Positions 40,374-51,556 of a DNA stretch of 64,000 bases are shown here, piece by piece; position 1 is the first letter of the stretch, and each line of letters starts with the position of its first letter. The position numbers were made by a program, and so were the translations under genes. Where the stretch lies: the NCBI GenBank assembly GCA_019057795.1, contig JAHLWS010000065.1, forward strand, positions 64,001-128,000, given 5' to 3'. The notes beneath the pieces are model-generated. The model was not told the origin of the DNA, ran no database searches, and saw only the letters and a program-made list of their open reading frames with translations. The DNA comes from Promethearchaeota archaeon. GTDB taxonomy: Archaea > Asgardarchaeota > Lokiarchaeia > Sigyniarchaeales > SOKP01.

Positions 40374-43300
40374 TTGAAATTGTCTGGTAGAAATTTTGGG
40401 TATTTAAAGGTGAATAGGAGACGTAAAGAGAAGATTTTTATTTTATCCGTTTTACTTATTAATTTTCTTTTAACTCCTTTTTTAAATAATTTCAATATTT
40501 ATAACAATTTAAATGAGGACAACCATAAAAATGAAGAGTTGCCGATTAATTATATCAAAACTCAGGATTTAGTTTCTGATAATACTTTCACTGGGGTAGG
40601 TGCTCCTTGGAACGTGACTCACTATGCTAATGGAACAAAAACTAATTTGGAAGTAAGTTTTAATAATAATTCTTATGATAACTCTCAATATGTAGAATTA
40701 TACGGATGGATAGGATATCAATTAAATTCTACAATAACAAATTTATATGATACAAGAAATTGGATTAATGGAACTTTCCACGCTGGAACAGATAATGGTA
40801 TTGTTTCGAATCATGATGATACTAATGATGTTTATAATTGGACCTTTATAAAAAAGGATTTACCAGGAGGATCATACTCTAATCCTATGAGTGGAAATTA
40901 TTATGATGACTCACATTCGGAATCTGACTATCAAGATTCCTTGGAATTAATGATTGAAGATGAGGGAGTTTCCGGTTCTTATGACGTTGGTGATAAATGT
41001 TGGTGGGAAACTACTTTTGAAATTGATAGAGGGGCTGTAGATGAAGCTTGGTTAAGTTTTGCGGCATTTCCAAAATATGGTGATGGTTATAATAATCATA
41101 TGGTACTACAGGTTATAGTAAATAATAAAACTTTATGGGGTAATGGTCTTGCATCAATGCTAGAAGCATGTGGTAATTCTACTGATGGGCAATGGTATAA
41201 TCCACCATCTATTTACTTAGATGGTAATGATCAACAATTATTTCCTAATGGAGTTAAAAATATGAATATTACTTTAGAATTTAAAAGAGTTAGTGGAGAT
41301 GCTCCCGGTGCTTATGCGTCTTCCTATTCTGTACTTGTTGATAATGTATCGTTAATCGTAAAATCTAAAGCAAAACCATCTCAACTTGAGTTGCAATTAA
41401 ACAATAAAGATGTTATTGATAATGTTAATTATGGTGAAGGTTATTGTGGAATGATAGGTAATTGGAATGGGAGTGAACAATCATCGGTAAATGCAAATTT
41501 CAGTAGTAATCTGAATTGGCCTTTAACATTTGAAGAAGACGGGAGTTGGATAAGTTATAAAGTTGAACTTGATACAGATTTGAAATTATATATGAATAAA
41601 TCTACTCCTGAAAGCTATTATACTGCTGATCCTGATCTAAATTATCAAGGCTCAGCTTTTATTGTATCTAACAATAGTAATACTAATTGGACAACATATG
41701 CGCATATGGAGATTCCGACAGGATACGAAGAAACGAATATGACTATTGAATATCCTTCAGATTATAATTTAACAGGAGTATTTTTCTCTCTAAATCCTGA
41801 TTCTCTTTCTCAAACTACTATAACGAAGTATGGAAACAAAAAATTAGTAAATATTCCAGTTAGTTCTATAACAAGTAATACCAATGGATTTTGGAAGTTA
41901 ACAGCAGTATCGCCTAATTACTGCACAGAAATGGGTATATATAATAATGCCACAGATAATTGGGAGCCTAGTAATGTATTTTTAAGTGGAGATTATATTA
42001 ACATTACCGCAAGAATTAATAATTCCCAACTGATTTCTGGATATATTCAACAAACAAACGCCCAGCTTCAAATAAGATTTCCGAATGGTACAATTTGGAC
42101 TGCGAAAAATCAACTAAAGCAAGTTAATGATATTGGAATGGTTTATTTTGATCCTTTCCAGATACCTAATTCCCCTCCCGGTTATGAAGTTGGAGAATAT
42201 CAGGCAATAATTACATGGAATAATTCATATTCTAACTTTGACTTGAATGAAACAGGTTTGATATACAAAACTTTTACTGTTAGTCACAATTCTTCATTGA
42301 TTCCTGATCAGGATTATTATTCGAATATATTTGTGGGGGATATAGTTAATATAAAGGTCTCCTTTAGCGATCTTGAGAATATCCAACCAATAGAAGGTGC
42401 CAATGTTTATGCAAAAAATTTTACTGGGGGTACTCAATACTTTAATGAGATAAATCCGGGTTATTATTTTCTTGAATTTAATACTACAGGAGGGAGTGGT
42501 GGAGATCGAAATCTAACTATTTATGCCACTCATCCTTTATATGAAGATGCTAAAGTTAATACTACTATTGGATTAATTGAATATACGACTCTTACTGCTG
42601 AAGAATATCCTAATATTGAAGTCCCTTGGAATAGCAATTTCACCATTCATCTTAATTATACAGAAACATCAACGGAGAATGGTATTGAGGCGGCTACTAC
42701 AACAGTTTACTGGAGTGGTGACACATTTATAGATTCAGCAAATGGAATTTATAATGTAACGTGTAATAATACAGCATATCAGGTAAATGTTGCTCATAAT
42801 TTAAAAATTGAGTTGAATAAAACAGGATATGAATCCCAAACTATAATAATATCAATTGAAGTAGTTGAACGAGAAACATATATCGATGAAATTTTTATAA
42901 ATAATGCTGATTGTACAGCTAACAAATCTTATAACATCCATTCCGGAGAATTGATGAACATTACTGTCAAATACAAAGATACTGAAAAAAGCGGGGCTTT
43001 TATCCCTAATGCAATGGTTACATTAAATGGGACAAGTATAGGAGAAATCTTTACAGATAATAATGTCTTTAATTTTTATAATCTTACTCTAAATTCAACA
43101 AAATTAACTGTTGGAATACATTTTTTAAATATAATTGCTCAAAAAGAAAATTATACGGCTTTGACTGAGTTATTAACTATAAATGTGTTTGAGAGAAACA
43201 CTAATTGGATGTTATTCTTAAATGGAACTGATAAAACAGCTGATCCATCTATACAACTATACGATAATCAACTTTTAAATATTACTATTTCGTATATTGA

Positions 43301-44702
43301 TTCTATTGATCTGGAACATATTCCTAATGCTATTGTGGATATAAATGGCTCAGGAATATCGGAGATTCTTGTAGAAAGTTTCAATAATTATTCAGTGATT
43401 ATAGATACAACGGATTTAAATCAAGGAGTAAACTTTTTAACAATTTTCGTCCGAAAAGATGGTTATGAAGCTCATTCGATTTTACTTATAATAGAAATAA
43501 TACAAATAGAAACCAATTTAAAGTTATTTTTAGATGGGGAGGACAAAACATCTAATCCATCAATTACTCTATATCCAACCCAGACTCTCAATATTACTAT
43601 TTCGTATTATGAATCTATAGCAGTGGCCCATGTTCCTAATGCTATTGTGGATATAAATGGCTCAGGAATATCGGAGATCCTTGTAGAAAGTTTCAATAAT
43701 TATTCAGTGATTATAGATACAACGGATTTAAATCAAGGAGTAAATTTCTTATCTATTTATGCTCGCAAGAATAATTATGAACCTCAGACTATTTTACTTA
43801 TAATAGAAATAATACAAATAGAAACCGATTTAATATTATTTTTGAATGGTGAGGATAAAACTCTTGATCCCGTATATAATCTTACAATTGGTGAGATATT
43901 AAATATAACAATAAAGTATACAGAACAAAGTGGAGCATATATTCCTGATGCTGTAGTACAACTAATAGGTGAGGGAATTTTAATAAATTTAACTAAAGAT
44001 GATTCTTTACAACAGCATTCCATAGAATTAGATACCGCAAATTTGACTATTAAAGTAAATCTGTTTTCAATTGTTGCGAAGGCTACGAATTATGAGATTC
44101 AAACTAAAAGCCCGATAATAACAATTAACAGGATAATCACTTTGATTAACATTTCCTCTCAAATAAATGTAGAACCTGGAGATGATGTCACATTGGAGGT
44201 AATTTTAATGGATATGTACTTTGGAGATACTATAAAAGGTGCTGTGGTTACTTACAGATGGGCTTATGGCCAAGGAGAACTCTTGGATCTTAATAATACT
44301 GGTACTTATGAGGGATTTTTGGAAAATGTCCCAGAAGGCACTTATACTATAACAATAAATGCTTTTAAAAGTGATAATTATGATTTTATTACAAAGGAAA
44401 TAACTTTAATTGTTACTCGTACTGAAACTGAAACTGGTCCTGATTTGAGTTGGTTAGTTTACGTGTTAATTGGTGCTATAATAGGTTTGGTCGGAATTTT
44501 TACACTCTATCAGAAAACCTTAAAATATCCTCCAACTGTAAGAAAATCGAGAAAAATTAGGAAGAAAATAAGAAAAGGTAAAAAGACAAAACCTGTAAAA
44601 GACATTGCATCTCGAGAAGATTTAATTAAAGGCCACCTCGAAAGTAATGTCGAAACTATTCAGTTAGAAAAAAAAACCGAAAAGGGATTAAAAGAAAAAT
44701 AA
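40374..44702 (+). CDS. Large membrane-anchored surface glycoprotein with tandem Ig-like repeats
   Basis: N-terminal signal/TM, many NxS/T sequons, ~104-aa beta repeats, C-terminal TM followed by basic tail. Confidence 0.8.
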   Translation: MKLSGRNFGYLKVNRRRKEKIFILSVLLINFLLTPFLNNFNIYNNLNEDNHKNEELPINYIKTQDLVSDNTFTGVGAPWNVTHYANGTKTNLEVSFNNNSYDNSQYVELYGWIGYQLNSTITNLYDTRNWINGTFHAGTDNGIVSNHDDTNDVYNWTFIKKDLPGGSYSNPMSGNYYDDSHSESDYQDSLELMIEDEGVSGSYDVGDKCWWETTFEIDRGAVDEAWLSFAAFPKYGDGYNNHMVLQVIVNNKTLWGNGLASMLEACGNSTDGQWYNPPSIYLDGNDQQLFPNGVKNMNITLEFKRVSGDAPGAYASSYSVLVDNVSLIVKSKAKPSQLELQLNNKDVIDNVNYGEGYCGMIGNWNGSEQSSVNANFSSNLNWPLTFEEDGSWISYKVELDTDLKLYMNKSTPESYYTADPDLNYQGSAFIVSNNSNTNWTTYAHMEIPTGYEETNMTIEYPSDYNLTGVFFSLNPDSLSQTTITKYGNKKLVNIPVSSITSNTNGFWKLTAVSPNYCTEMGIYNNATDNWEPSNVFLSGDYINITARINNSQLISGYIQQTNAQLQIRFPNGTIWTAKNQLKQVNDIGMVYFDPFQIPNSPPGYEVGEYQAIITWNNSYSNFDLNETGLIYKTFTVSHNSSLIPDQDYYSNIFVGDIVNIKVSFSDLENIQPIEGANVYAKNFTGGTQYFNEINPGYYFLEFNTTGGSGGDRNLTIYATHPLYEDAKVNTTIGLIEYTTLTAEEYPNIEVPWNSNFTIHLNYTETSTENGIEAATTTVYWSGDTFIDSANGIYNVTCNNTAYQVNVAHNLKIELNKTGYESQTIIISIEVVERETYIDEIFINNADCTANKSYNIHSGELMNITVKYKDTEKSGAFIPNAMVTLNGTSIGEIFTDNNVFNFYNLTLNSTKLTVGIHFLNIIAQKENYTALTELLTINVFERNTNWMLFLNGTDKTADPSIQLYDNQLLNITISYIDSIDLEHIPNAIVDINGSGISEILVESFNNYSVIIDTTDLNQGVNFLTIFVRKDGYEAHSILLIIEIIQIETNLKLFLDGEDKTSNPSITLYPTQTLNITISYYESIAVAHVPNAIVDINGSGISEILVESFNNYSVIIDTTDLNQGVNFLSIYARKNNYEPQTILLIIEIIQIETDLILFLNGEDKTLDPVYNLTIGEILNITIKYTEQSGAYIPDAVVQLIGEGILINLTKDDSLQQHSIELDTANLTIKVNLFSIVAKATNYEIQTKSPIITINRIITLINISSQINVEPGDDVTLEVILMDMYFGDTIKGAVVTYRWAYGQGELLDLNNTGTYEGFLENVPEGTYTITINAFKSDNYDFITKEITLIVTRTETETGPDLSWLVYVLIGAIIGLVGIFTLYQKTLKYPPTVRKSRKIRKKIRKGKKTKPVKDIASREDLIKGHLESNVETIQLEKKTEKGLKEK

Positions 44703-44729
44703 AAACTAGTAAAAATAAAAAAATTAAAT

Positions 44730-45866
44730 GTGAAAAATATGGCAAAAGGGTATATTATCAATAACTGGACAGAAGATCAAGGCCTTGGAGTTCAATTGAG
44801 TTATCCTGAGGATTTAGTTGTAGATCTCGATGATATGATGAGAATTTTTTACGCTCATATTACCGGTGCTGGAGAAGCTGGAAATGTGTTGGTACGATTA
44901 GAAAAAGCGCGTTCAAATGTTTCCAGCTATTTTACGGGAATGGAATCTGAAAATCAATTTATGATTAATTTCATTATGGAATTAGGTGAAGATCCCGAAA
45001 TTTTCGGAGAAGCCGTACTTTCAGAAATCAATAAAAATATTCTATTTTACCTTAAAAGAATTAACCAAAATCCAGCCAGTAGATTGGACATAACAATTGA
45101 ATTGACAGATTACATAAAAAACTCTCTAATGTACTTAGAGCGTTTAAAGAATTTAACGAAAGAGCAAGTGATGGCTCAAATATATTATAGTGAAAAAGGA
45201 AGAATGATATTAGAAATCTTACAAGAAAAACCTCATACTAAAAAAGAATTACATAGCCTATTAGAAGAGAAGACAGGGAAATTCATCCCTAATATTGATA
45301 CCTTGTTGAGTCATTTTGTTAAAACTGATCTCGTTAGACAAGATTGGATTGAAGGTGATTCAGACATTTCTTTATTTCTACTTTCAGATTTCATTATAAC
45401 TAGAAGTCCGGTAAGCAAACTATTAGAGGACGCAAAAAAAGGGCTCCCAAATCCTTACTTGGCTAGCAAGTACCTTGAATTAGCAACAGGTTATTTCTCA
45501 CACTATAAACCGTCAGAAGTAGACAATTTAAAAATAGCGTCTCACATGATAAATCCAGATTTATTCGATTATATTATTCTTTTTAGAGAAAGAGCTTATC
45601 CCATAAATAAAGTACCACGGGGACCTGGACAAATTTTTGATCAGATTAGGAGTTTTTTAGCTACACTGGAATCAGATAAGATTATTACTGTTTTAAAAAA
45701 CGAGAGTGACCTTGAATGGATATTTTTATTAACAGATATAACTGCTCAAAAATTTTATCCTGAGTATTTAATAGAAAATATTCGAAAAGCAGTATCAGAA
45801 AATACGTTGAAAAAAGAACCTGCAATTAGGCATTTAGAGCTTCTTGAGCAAATATACAAGAAATAA
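44730..45866 (+). CDS. Longin/uDENN-like plus winged-helix protein
   Basis: N-term WTEDQGLGVQLSYP; central RMILEILQEKPHTKKEL...FVKTDLV wHTH-like segment. Confidence 0.55.
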   Translation: MKNMAKGYIINNWTEDQGLGVQLSYPEDLVVDLDDMMRIFYAHITGAGEAGNVLVRLEKARSNVSSYFTGMESENQFMINFIMELGEDPEIFGEAVLSEINKNILFYLKRINQNPASRLDITIELTDYIKNSLMYLERLKNLTKEQVMAQIYYSEKGRMILEILQEKPHTKKELHSLLEEKTGKFIPNIDTLLSHFVKTDLVRQDWIEGDSDISLFLLSDFIITRSPVSKLLEDAKKGLPNPYLASKYLELATGYFSHYKPSEVDNLKIASHMINPDLFDYIILFRERAYPINKVPRGPGQIFDQIRSFLATLESDKIITVLKNESDLEWIFLLTDITAQKFYPEYLIENIRKAVSENTLKKEPAIRHLELLEQIYKK

Positions 45867-45889
45867 GGTAAAAAGGTGATAAATTAGAG

Positions 45890-47881
45890 TTGTCTGACGA
45901 TATTGATGAGTTTAAATCGACAAAACATGTATTAGAACTTATAGGATTAACTCAAGATGAGATTGAAGCTTATTTTCATTTGACAGGAAGAGGTCCCGTA
46001 ATGGCGGGAGAAATTGCGCTTTTAATTGATGTTCCTGAGGAGAGGGCATTTCAAATTGCTAATAGTCTACTCGAAAAAGGATTAGTTCGTGAAATTCCCG
46101 GAACGAATCCATTTTATATCGCTTTACCTCCCTATTCTGCCTTACTGAACCAAATACGAAATTTTAAGGAAATAGTAAGAAAAATTCAAAAATCAACTCC
46201 AAAAGCTTTACAGTTAAAATTTAAGGAAATTGAAGAACATTCAGCAAAATTAAGTAAGTTTGATGAGTATAGAAGCTATATAAACATCATGAAAACTAAT
46301 CTGCCAGCTCAAATAAAAGCACAATTCAGTAAAGTCGAAAAAGAACTTGATAATGTAAAAAAGTTTCAAGAAATAAGAAGGTATATCCTTAATCTGAGGG
46401 AAATCGTACCTGATGAAATTATAAAAGAATTTGGTGTAGTTGAAACACGCTTAGAAAAAATTAAATCAGAGATTTCTATCGCCTTTGAAAAGCAATTTAG
46501 AATTGGAGCTTTAAAAACCATGGCAGAAAAGATTGTTTCTAGAATAATATCAGAACAATTTGGTGACCTTACTGATTATTTTCGAGAAAAATTTGTTAAT
46601 GCTATTCGAAATACTCTTGATCAAGTCACCGACCAATTAGCTTCAATTTCTGATGTCGCTGGCGAAATGAGTACCGATTTAGGAAGTTTTTTATCAGATA
46701 TCGTATCAGGATTAGAAGATACTCTAGAAGATTTGGATGGTAGAATTTCATCTGTTTATGAGGATGTTGATAAAGGAATTGAAGAATTAAAAGGATTATT
46801 TCAAAATGAAATATATAAAACGCTCGAAGAAGACATTATGGGAAATATTTTAAAACAACTTGATTTGTCTGAAAAAACTATGACTGAGTTTTGGGAACGG
46901 TCAAAAAAAGCTTCAATGTTGAGTTTCAAGGATGTGTGGTTTGTAAGAAGTGTTGAGGGCATGAAAGCTCAAATCAACGAATCTCTTACTCGAGTTAAGG
47001 CCAGATTTCATATTATCGTACCTAGATTGGAGGAAATTGATTTAGTAGCACTTTCAAAAGTAAAAAAACATATCAATGTTAGAATTTCAACAAATTTCGA
47101 TTTGAATAATCCCAACGATCAATTAAAACTAGCTGAAATTGTAAAATACCCTAACATCAACATACGGCTTTATTCTCGAGAAAGTTTATATGCAATCAAT
47201 AGAGATTTTGAAGAAGTCGTAGTTTGTGCCGCATCAAAATCAAAATTGGGAGATATGGAGATAGCTGGTATGGGGTCTATTCTTGAAGAACATGTCAAAT
47301 TATTTGCAGGTCTATTAGAAGATATATGGATTCAAAGTCGGAAAGTTAAAACTGAAGAAATCATGTATGCTATTCAATCATCTCAAAGGATAGAAAAAGT
47401 ACAACAGCCGATTCAGCAAACTACTTTTCAAATGCCGCAAACACCTTCAGTACCAATAAAACCCGAAATCCAAATTAAACCCACTACAACTATTGTGGAA
47501 AATAATGTACTAAAACCATTTGAACAAAAACCTACAGTTCCAACTCAACCAACACTTCCTCAATTGCCAACCGCAGAACAACAAGAGGGTGTAAAAAAAC
47601 CAATAGCTACGCTTGATTCAACATTAAATAAAGAGGGAACTATTTCGCAATTATTTGATGATATAATTAATCTTCTTGATAAAAAAATAGGTTCTGAAAT
47701 TTCAAACGATTTAGAACACATTCGAAATAGAATAACTGAGGAGATTGGATATACGGCTGTTTTAAGACAAATAGGTCTTACAATAGCTTCCTTAAAAACA
47801 GTACCTAATTTACTATCTTCAATGGAAGTAGAAGATACTATAAAAAAGATAAATTTTTGGAGAAAAAAAATTAATGTATAG
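45890..47881 (+). CDS. TrmB-like wHTH regulator with long coiled-coil insert
   Basis: LIGLTQDEIEAYFHL...AGEIA...LLEKGLVREIPG...YIALPP; C-terminal effector-like domain and Pro/Gln linker. Confidence 0.7.
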   Translation: MSDDIDEFKSTKHVLELIGLTQDEIEAYFHLTGRGPVMAGEIALLIDVPEERAFQIANSLLEKGLVREIPGTNPFYIALPPYSALLNQIRNFKEIVRKIQKSTPKALQLKFKEIEEHSAKLSKFDEYRSYINIMKTNLPAQIKAQFSKVEKELDNVKKFQEIRRYILNLREIVPDEIIKEFGVVETRLEKIKSEISIAFEKQFRIGALKTMAEKIVSRIISEQFGDLTDYFREKFVNAIRNTLDQVTDQLASISDVAGEMSTDLGSFLSDIVSGLEDTLEDLDGRISSVYEDVDKGIEELKGLFQNEIYKTLEEDIMGNILKQLDLSEKTMTEFWERSKKASMLSFKDVWFVRSVEGMKAQINESLTRVKARFHIIVPRLEEIDLVALSKVKKHINVRISTNFDLNNPNDQLKLAEIVKYPNINIRLYSRESLYAINRDFEEVVVCAASKSKLGDMEIAGMGSILEEHVKLFAGLLEDIWIQSRKVKTEEIMYAIQSSQRIEKVQQPIQQTTFQMPQTPSVPIKPEIQIKPTTTIVENNVLKPFEQKPTVPTQPTLPQLPTAEQQEGVKKPIATLDSTLNKEGTISQLFDDIINLLDKKIGSEISNDLEHIRNRITEEIGYTAVLRQIGLTIASLKTVPNLLSSMEVEDTIKKINFWRKKINV

Positions 47882-48001
47882 AATAATAAGATCTGACCTC
47901 TTGTTTCTCTTAATATAAATAAAAAAAAAATTCGAGAGTTAAATTAGTATAGCTTATCTCACTGCCCTGACCTAAAAAATGAAAAGTACCTAAAAGTCGT
48001 C

Positions 48002-48697
48002 TTAGTTGGTATTACTTCCATCTTTTTCACCATTGATATTGTTAATTTTTTCAGTAATCTCATCAAGAGTAGTTTTATCGTCATAATTAATCTTTTTAAC
48101 TTTCATTACATGCCATGTGTAAAATGTAGCCACTATTCCTATTATCGAGCATAAAAGGAACACGATCCTAACTCCTAAGACTTCAGCTAAAGGTCCCGCA
48201 ATTAAAGCACCAAAAGGGGCGATCATTGATGAGATTGACTGATCTATAGAACTCACTCTACCCATTTTATCGTGTGGAACAATTGTTTGTATGATTGTCA
48301 TGTATATTGTGTTACCAATGGGTAATAAAAAGCCAACTACAAATGTTGCGACTCCCATCATTAGGAAAAAACCATTCGGTGCGAAAGCAAATACTGAAAG
48401 TATTCCTGTTATCACCACCAAAGAACCAAAGTAAGTAAAAAGCTTATGTTTCCACTCCTTTTTTACACTGGTGAGTAACGCTCCCAATACCATGCCAACC
48501 TGAAATAATACCATTATAAACGCAAAATCTGAAGCTGATCCTGCATGAATATGAGGCGCTTCTACTATATAAGGTAATAACACGTTGAAAGGCATCAGCA
48601 AAAAGTTAAGCAACATAAACAGCAATAATAACGTTAAAATCCCAGGTATAAGTCTTATCGTCTTTAATCCTGTTTTAAATTCAAAAAGAAAATTTCT
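48002..48697 (-). pseudogene. MFS transporter, C-terminal half only (5'-truncated)
   Basis: 6 TM, IQTIVPHDKMGRVSS, GPLAEVLG; frame begins in the central loop (NFLFEFKTGLKTIR) just after vapC. Confidence 0.75.
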
Positions 48698-48732
48698 TAT
48701 TTACAACCGACTAAGAAATAATCAGAATTAGT

Positions 48733-49161
48733 TTATTCCCATAATTCTAAGAAATCAAACTCAGATAATTCATTTATTCTTGGGAAATGTCTTCTGTCTT
48801 TTGTTATCAGAGTAACTTTGTTTGCTATGGCAATAGATGCATTTAAAAGATCAAATTGAGGCACTCGAAGCCCTTGATCATCCAATTCGGCGCAAATTTC
48901 GCCGTATATTTTACTTGAATTATTATCTAATGTTAGAATTTCCGGAAAATTTAATATAAACTTATTCAATTTTTTTACTTCGGCAATTTGTTTTTCTTTT
49001 GATTTTAGGCGATAGGCACCATACCATAGTTCACATGCGGTGATTTGAGTAATTCGTAGATCTGCTCCTTGAACTATCAATTCATTTATTTTTTTATTGG
49101 TTTCTTGATTTTTACCTCTCAAGAAATCAATAGCTACATCAGTCTCAATAATTTTAATCAT
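48733..49161 (-). CDS. vapC: VapC PIN-domain toxin
   Basis: IIETDVAID, ACELWYG, FDLLNASIA, LITKDRRHF. Confidence 0.88.
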   Translation of the reverse strand: MIKIIETDVAIDFLRGKNQETNKKINELIVQGADLRITQITACELWYGAYRLKSKEKQIAEVKKLNKFILNFPEILTLDNNSSKIYGEICAELDDQGLRVPQFDLLNASIAIANKVTLITKDRRHFPRINELSEFDFLELWE

Positions 49162-49381
49162 TGGTTTCGCGACCTGTTAAATTATTTTCTCTAATTCTTT
49201 TTACATTTTCTTCTAACCCATTCCATAATTCAGGATCAAACTTGTTTTGCAATAATAGCCATGGATTGTCTTTTTTAGAAATTAACCTTTCGATCAATCT
49301 TGAGAATGATTCACCTTCTCGTTTTTCGTTTTTTAGTAAATTATATGCTTGCTCTGATAATGAAATTGTTTTTTGTGTCAT
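49154..49381 (-). CDS. vapB: VapB-type antitoxin
   Basis: KTISLSEQAYNLLKNEKREGESFSRLIERL; overlaps vapC start. Confidence 0.85.
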   Translation of the reverse strand: MTQKTISLSEQAYNLLKNEKREGESFSRLIERLISKKDNPWLLLQNKFDPELWNGLEENVKRIRENNLTGRETND

Positions 49382-49507
49382 AATTAAGTAACATAAATAG
49401 ACCTATTTAAATAGATCTACTTTTTTCTCTTTATCATAATCAATTGTCTTTATAAAAGCATCCGCTTTTTACTCAAATTGATTTTAACTTGTTTATCAAT
49501 AAATACC

Positions 49508-50035
49508 TTAAAATAGGTTTAGATTCGCGATTCCTAGATATTTCTCTACAACCTCTAAAACTTCTTCTTTTGACCCAATATATCCAAAGATTTGATGTCT
49601 AGCTTTTCCATGGGACGCATTATCGATAGATTCAAACTGACTTAGTTGTAGCTCGATTTCCCCATATTTTAAAGATAATTTATTTGGAGATTCCGAATTA
49701 TACGATTGAACCACGCCAATTTCGCTCTCTGGATGATCTCGAGAAACATCAAAACAGTCATCTTGAGTTTTAGGGATATCGTTGGAAAGCTTAACTAGAA
49801 AACCATATTCTTCTGAATCGGGAATTTTAAGTACATAACCGATTTTTGCGTGCCGAGTAAAATCAATATCTTCAGGTCGAACTGCTAACTTGTAAACATC
49901 GTCAACATCTAATTTGAAGGCAATGTAATTGTCTCCTACTTTCAATCGATCTTCGGGGATAATGCGAAAGTAGGACTTTGAGTAATTAACAATATTTTTC
50001 CTGCTGTTATCATCATCTGTCAAAAAGGAAAACAT
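49508..50035 (-). CDS. Hypothetical protein (possibly 5'-truncated)
   Basis: 175 aa ORF, no motif recognised. Confidence 0.55.
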   Translation of the reverse strand: MFSFLTDDDNSRKNIVNYSKSYFRIIPEDRLKVGDNYIAFKLDVDDVYKLAVRPEDIDFTRHAKIGYVLKIPDSEEYGFLVKLSNDIPKTQDDCFDVSRDHPESEIGVVQSYNSESPNKLSLKYGEIELQLSQFESIDNASHGKARHQIFGYIGSKEEVLEVVEKYLGIANLNLF

Positions 50036-50099
50036 CTTATTATACGAAAGTAAACTTAGACAATTTTAATTGTATTTTTCTCAATCATTATTTTAATTA

Positions 50100-50539
50100 A
50101 AGTATAAAAAGTCTGTTTTTCAGTTCGTAAGGATAGTTACAAAAGACAGCGATGCTGAGGAACTTAAGTATCTTATTGTTATAGATGAAGTTCATGCTAT
50201 TTTAGAAAAAATTATCACTACAAACAGCGATACAGCTGATTTCATCGTTAAAGAACAAATGGCGAAAAGATTCTCAGAATTATTAAAGGAGGATCGAAGT
50301 CGCGGTGTCGGGTTCGCTATTACGGATCAATCTCCCGCTCGTTTGTTCGATGATGTGGTTTCTCAGCCAAATATAAAAGTGATTTTCAGGGAAGTCTATA
50401 TCCAAATAACCTTCTTTTTTCACAAGATGCTGTTGAACGACAAATTTTAACACAACTAGCCAATAGACTAGCATTATTAATTAATGGAGCGAAATGGGAA
50501 AAATATTTAATCCGATCTTTAAATTTTTCTTTGTTATAA
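50100..50539 (+). pseudogene. HerA/FtsK-like ATPase C-terminal fragment, frameshifted
   Basis: YLIVIDEVH (Walker B), EDRSRGVGFAITDQSP, then a frame change near 50398 to YPNNLLFSQD...; no Walker A. Confidence 0.75.
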
Positions 50540-50552
50540 AACAATAGGAAAC

Positions 50553-51323
50553 TTAAATGAGTTTTTTATCTTTAAGATGATTTACTATTCGGTTTACAAC
50601 AGCTATGCATTCAGAAAGCAGATCTTGAACATCGTCATTTGTATAAGTTAATTCGGGATGTGCAGTAGGATTTCTGTAATTTACGCGAATTGCATCTAAT
50701 TGATCTAAAATTTCCCTTGGTGGAGGGACTGATATACTTTTTAAGTTTATTACAATATTTCCCCAGTTATCTTTACAGCCAGATGAACTATTTAATTTAT
50801 CAAAGAACCACCTCACAATTCCCTCCATACCACGTAGTATATGAAACGCTCCTGCTGTCGATCTTTCAAAGGCAATGCATTTTCCACCTTCGCTGAAATC
50901 GAATCGTGGTAAATCAGGGAGTTCATTAAAAATATTTTGTGCAAATAAATCTTTTATTTCATCTAATAACTTTTCAACTTTTATCCTTTTTTCTGTTATT
51001 ACATAAACTATCCTCCCTTGTAATTCAGCATGAATAACCGTATTTATTTTATCCATCAGAAGAAATATCTCGTTTACATCTTTCTTTTCTAATGTATACT
51101 TGCTATCTGTTTCATCAAGTCTTTCTTTATATTCCTTTAACTCACTGAACCATTCTACATTAGATGTTACCTCTAAATTTAATTCATCTATGTTTTCTAT
51201 GAAACGTTCAAAGCTATCTTTAACAAAGTTTTCTTTATGATAAGGGAAACCAGGTTCTACTAATCTTAGATAATTAATATCTCGTCCAAATGCTACATAA
51301 TCCTTAATGTTTTTCGTCTTCAT
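50553..51323 (-). CDS. HEPN-like protein
   Basis: STAGAFHILRGMEG and C-terminal RNPTAH (RX4H). Confidence 0.65.
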   Translation of the reverse strand: MKTKNIKDYVAFGRDINYLRLVEPGFPYHKENFVKDSFERFIENIDELNLEVTSNVEWFSELKEYKERLDETDSKYTLEKKDVNEIFLLMDKINTVIHAELQGRIVYVITEKRIKVEKLLDEIKDLFAQNIFNELPDLPRFDFSEGGKCIAFERSTAGAFHILRGMEGIVRWFFDKLNSSSGCKDNWGNIVINLKSISVPPPREILDQLDAIRVNYRNPTAHPELTYTNDDVQDLLSECIAVVNRIVNHLKDKKLI

Positions 51324-51556
51324 ATTTAATCTTTTATCTTTCCCGTTATATATCTTTTACTATTTTCTTAAAAGATCTTATTATAATTATTAAATCAAGT
51401 TATAATGAGATGTGACTTTCGTAAAAATGATTAAAAATAAGAAAGATTGTCAAAATTTTTGTTCTATCTCATTAAACAGATTATTTCTTTGGCAATATAT
51501 CAAATTTCTATTTTTACTTACTTTGCGATTATTAAATTTAAATTAGTGAAAAAATT

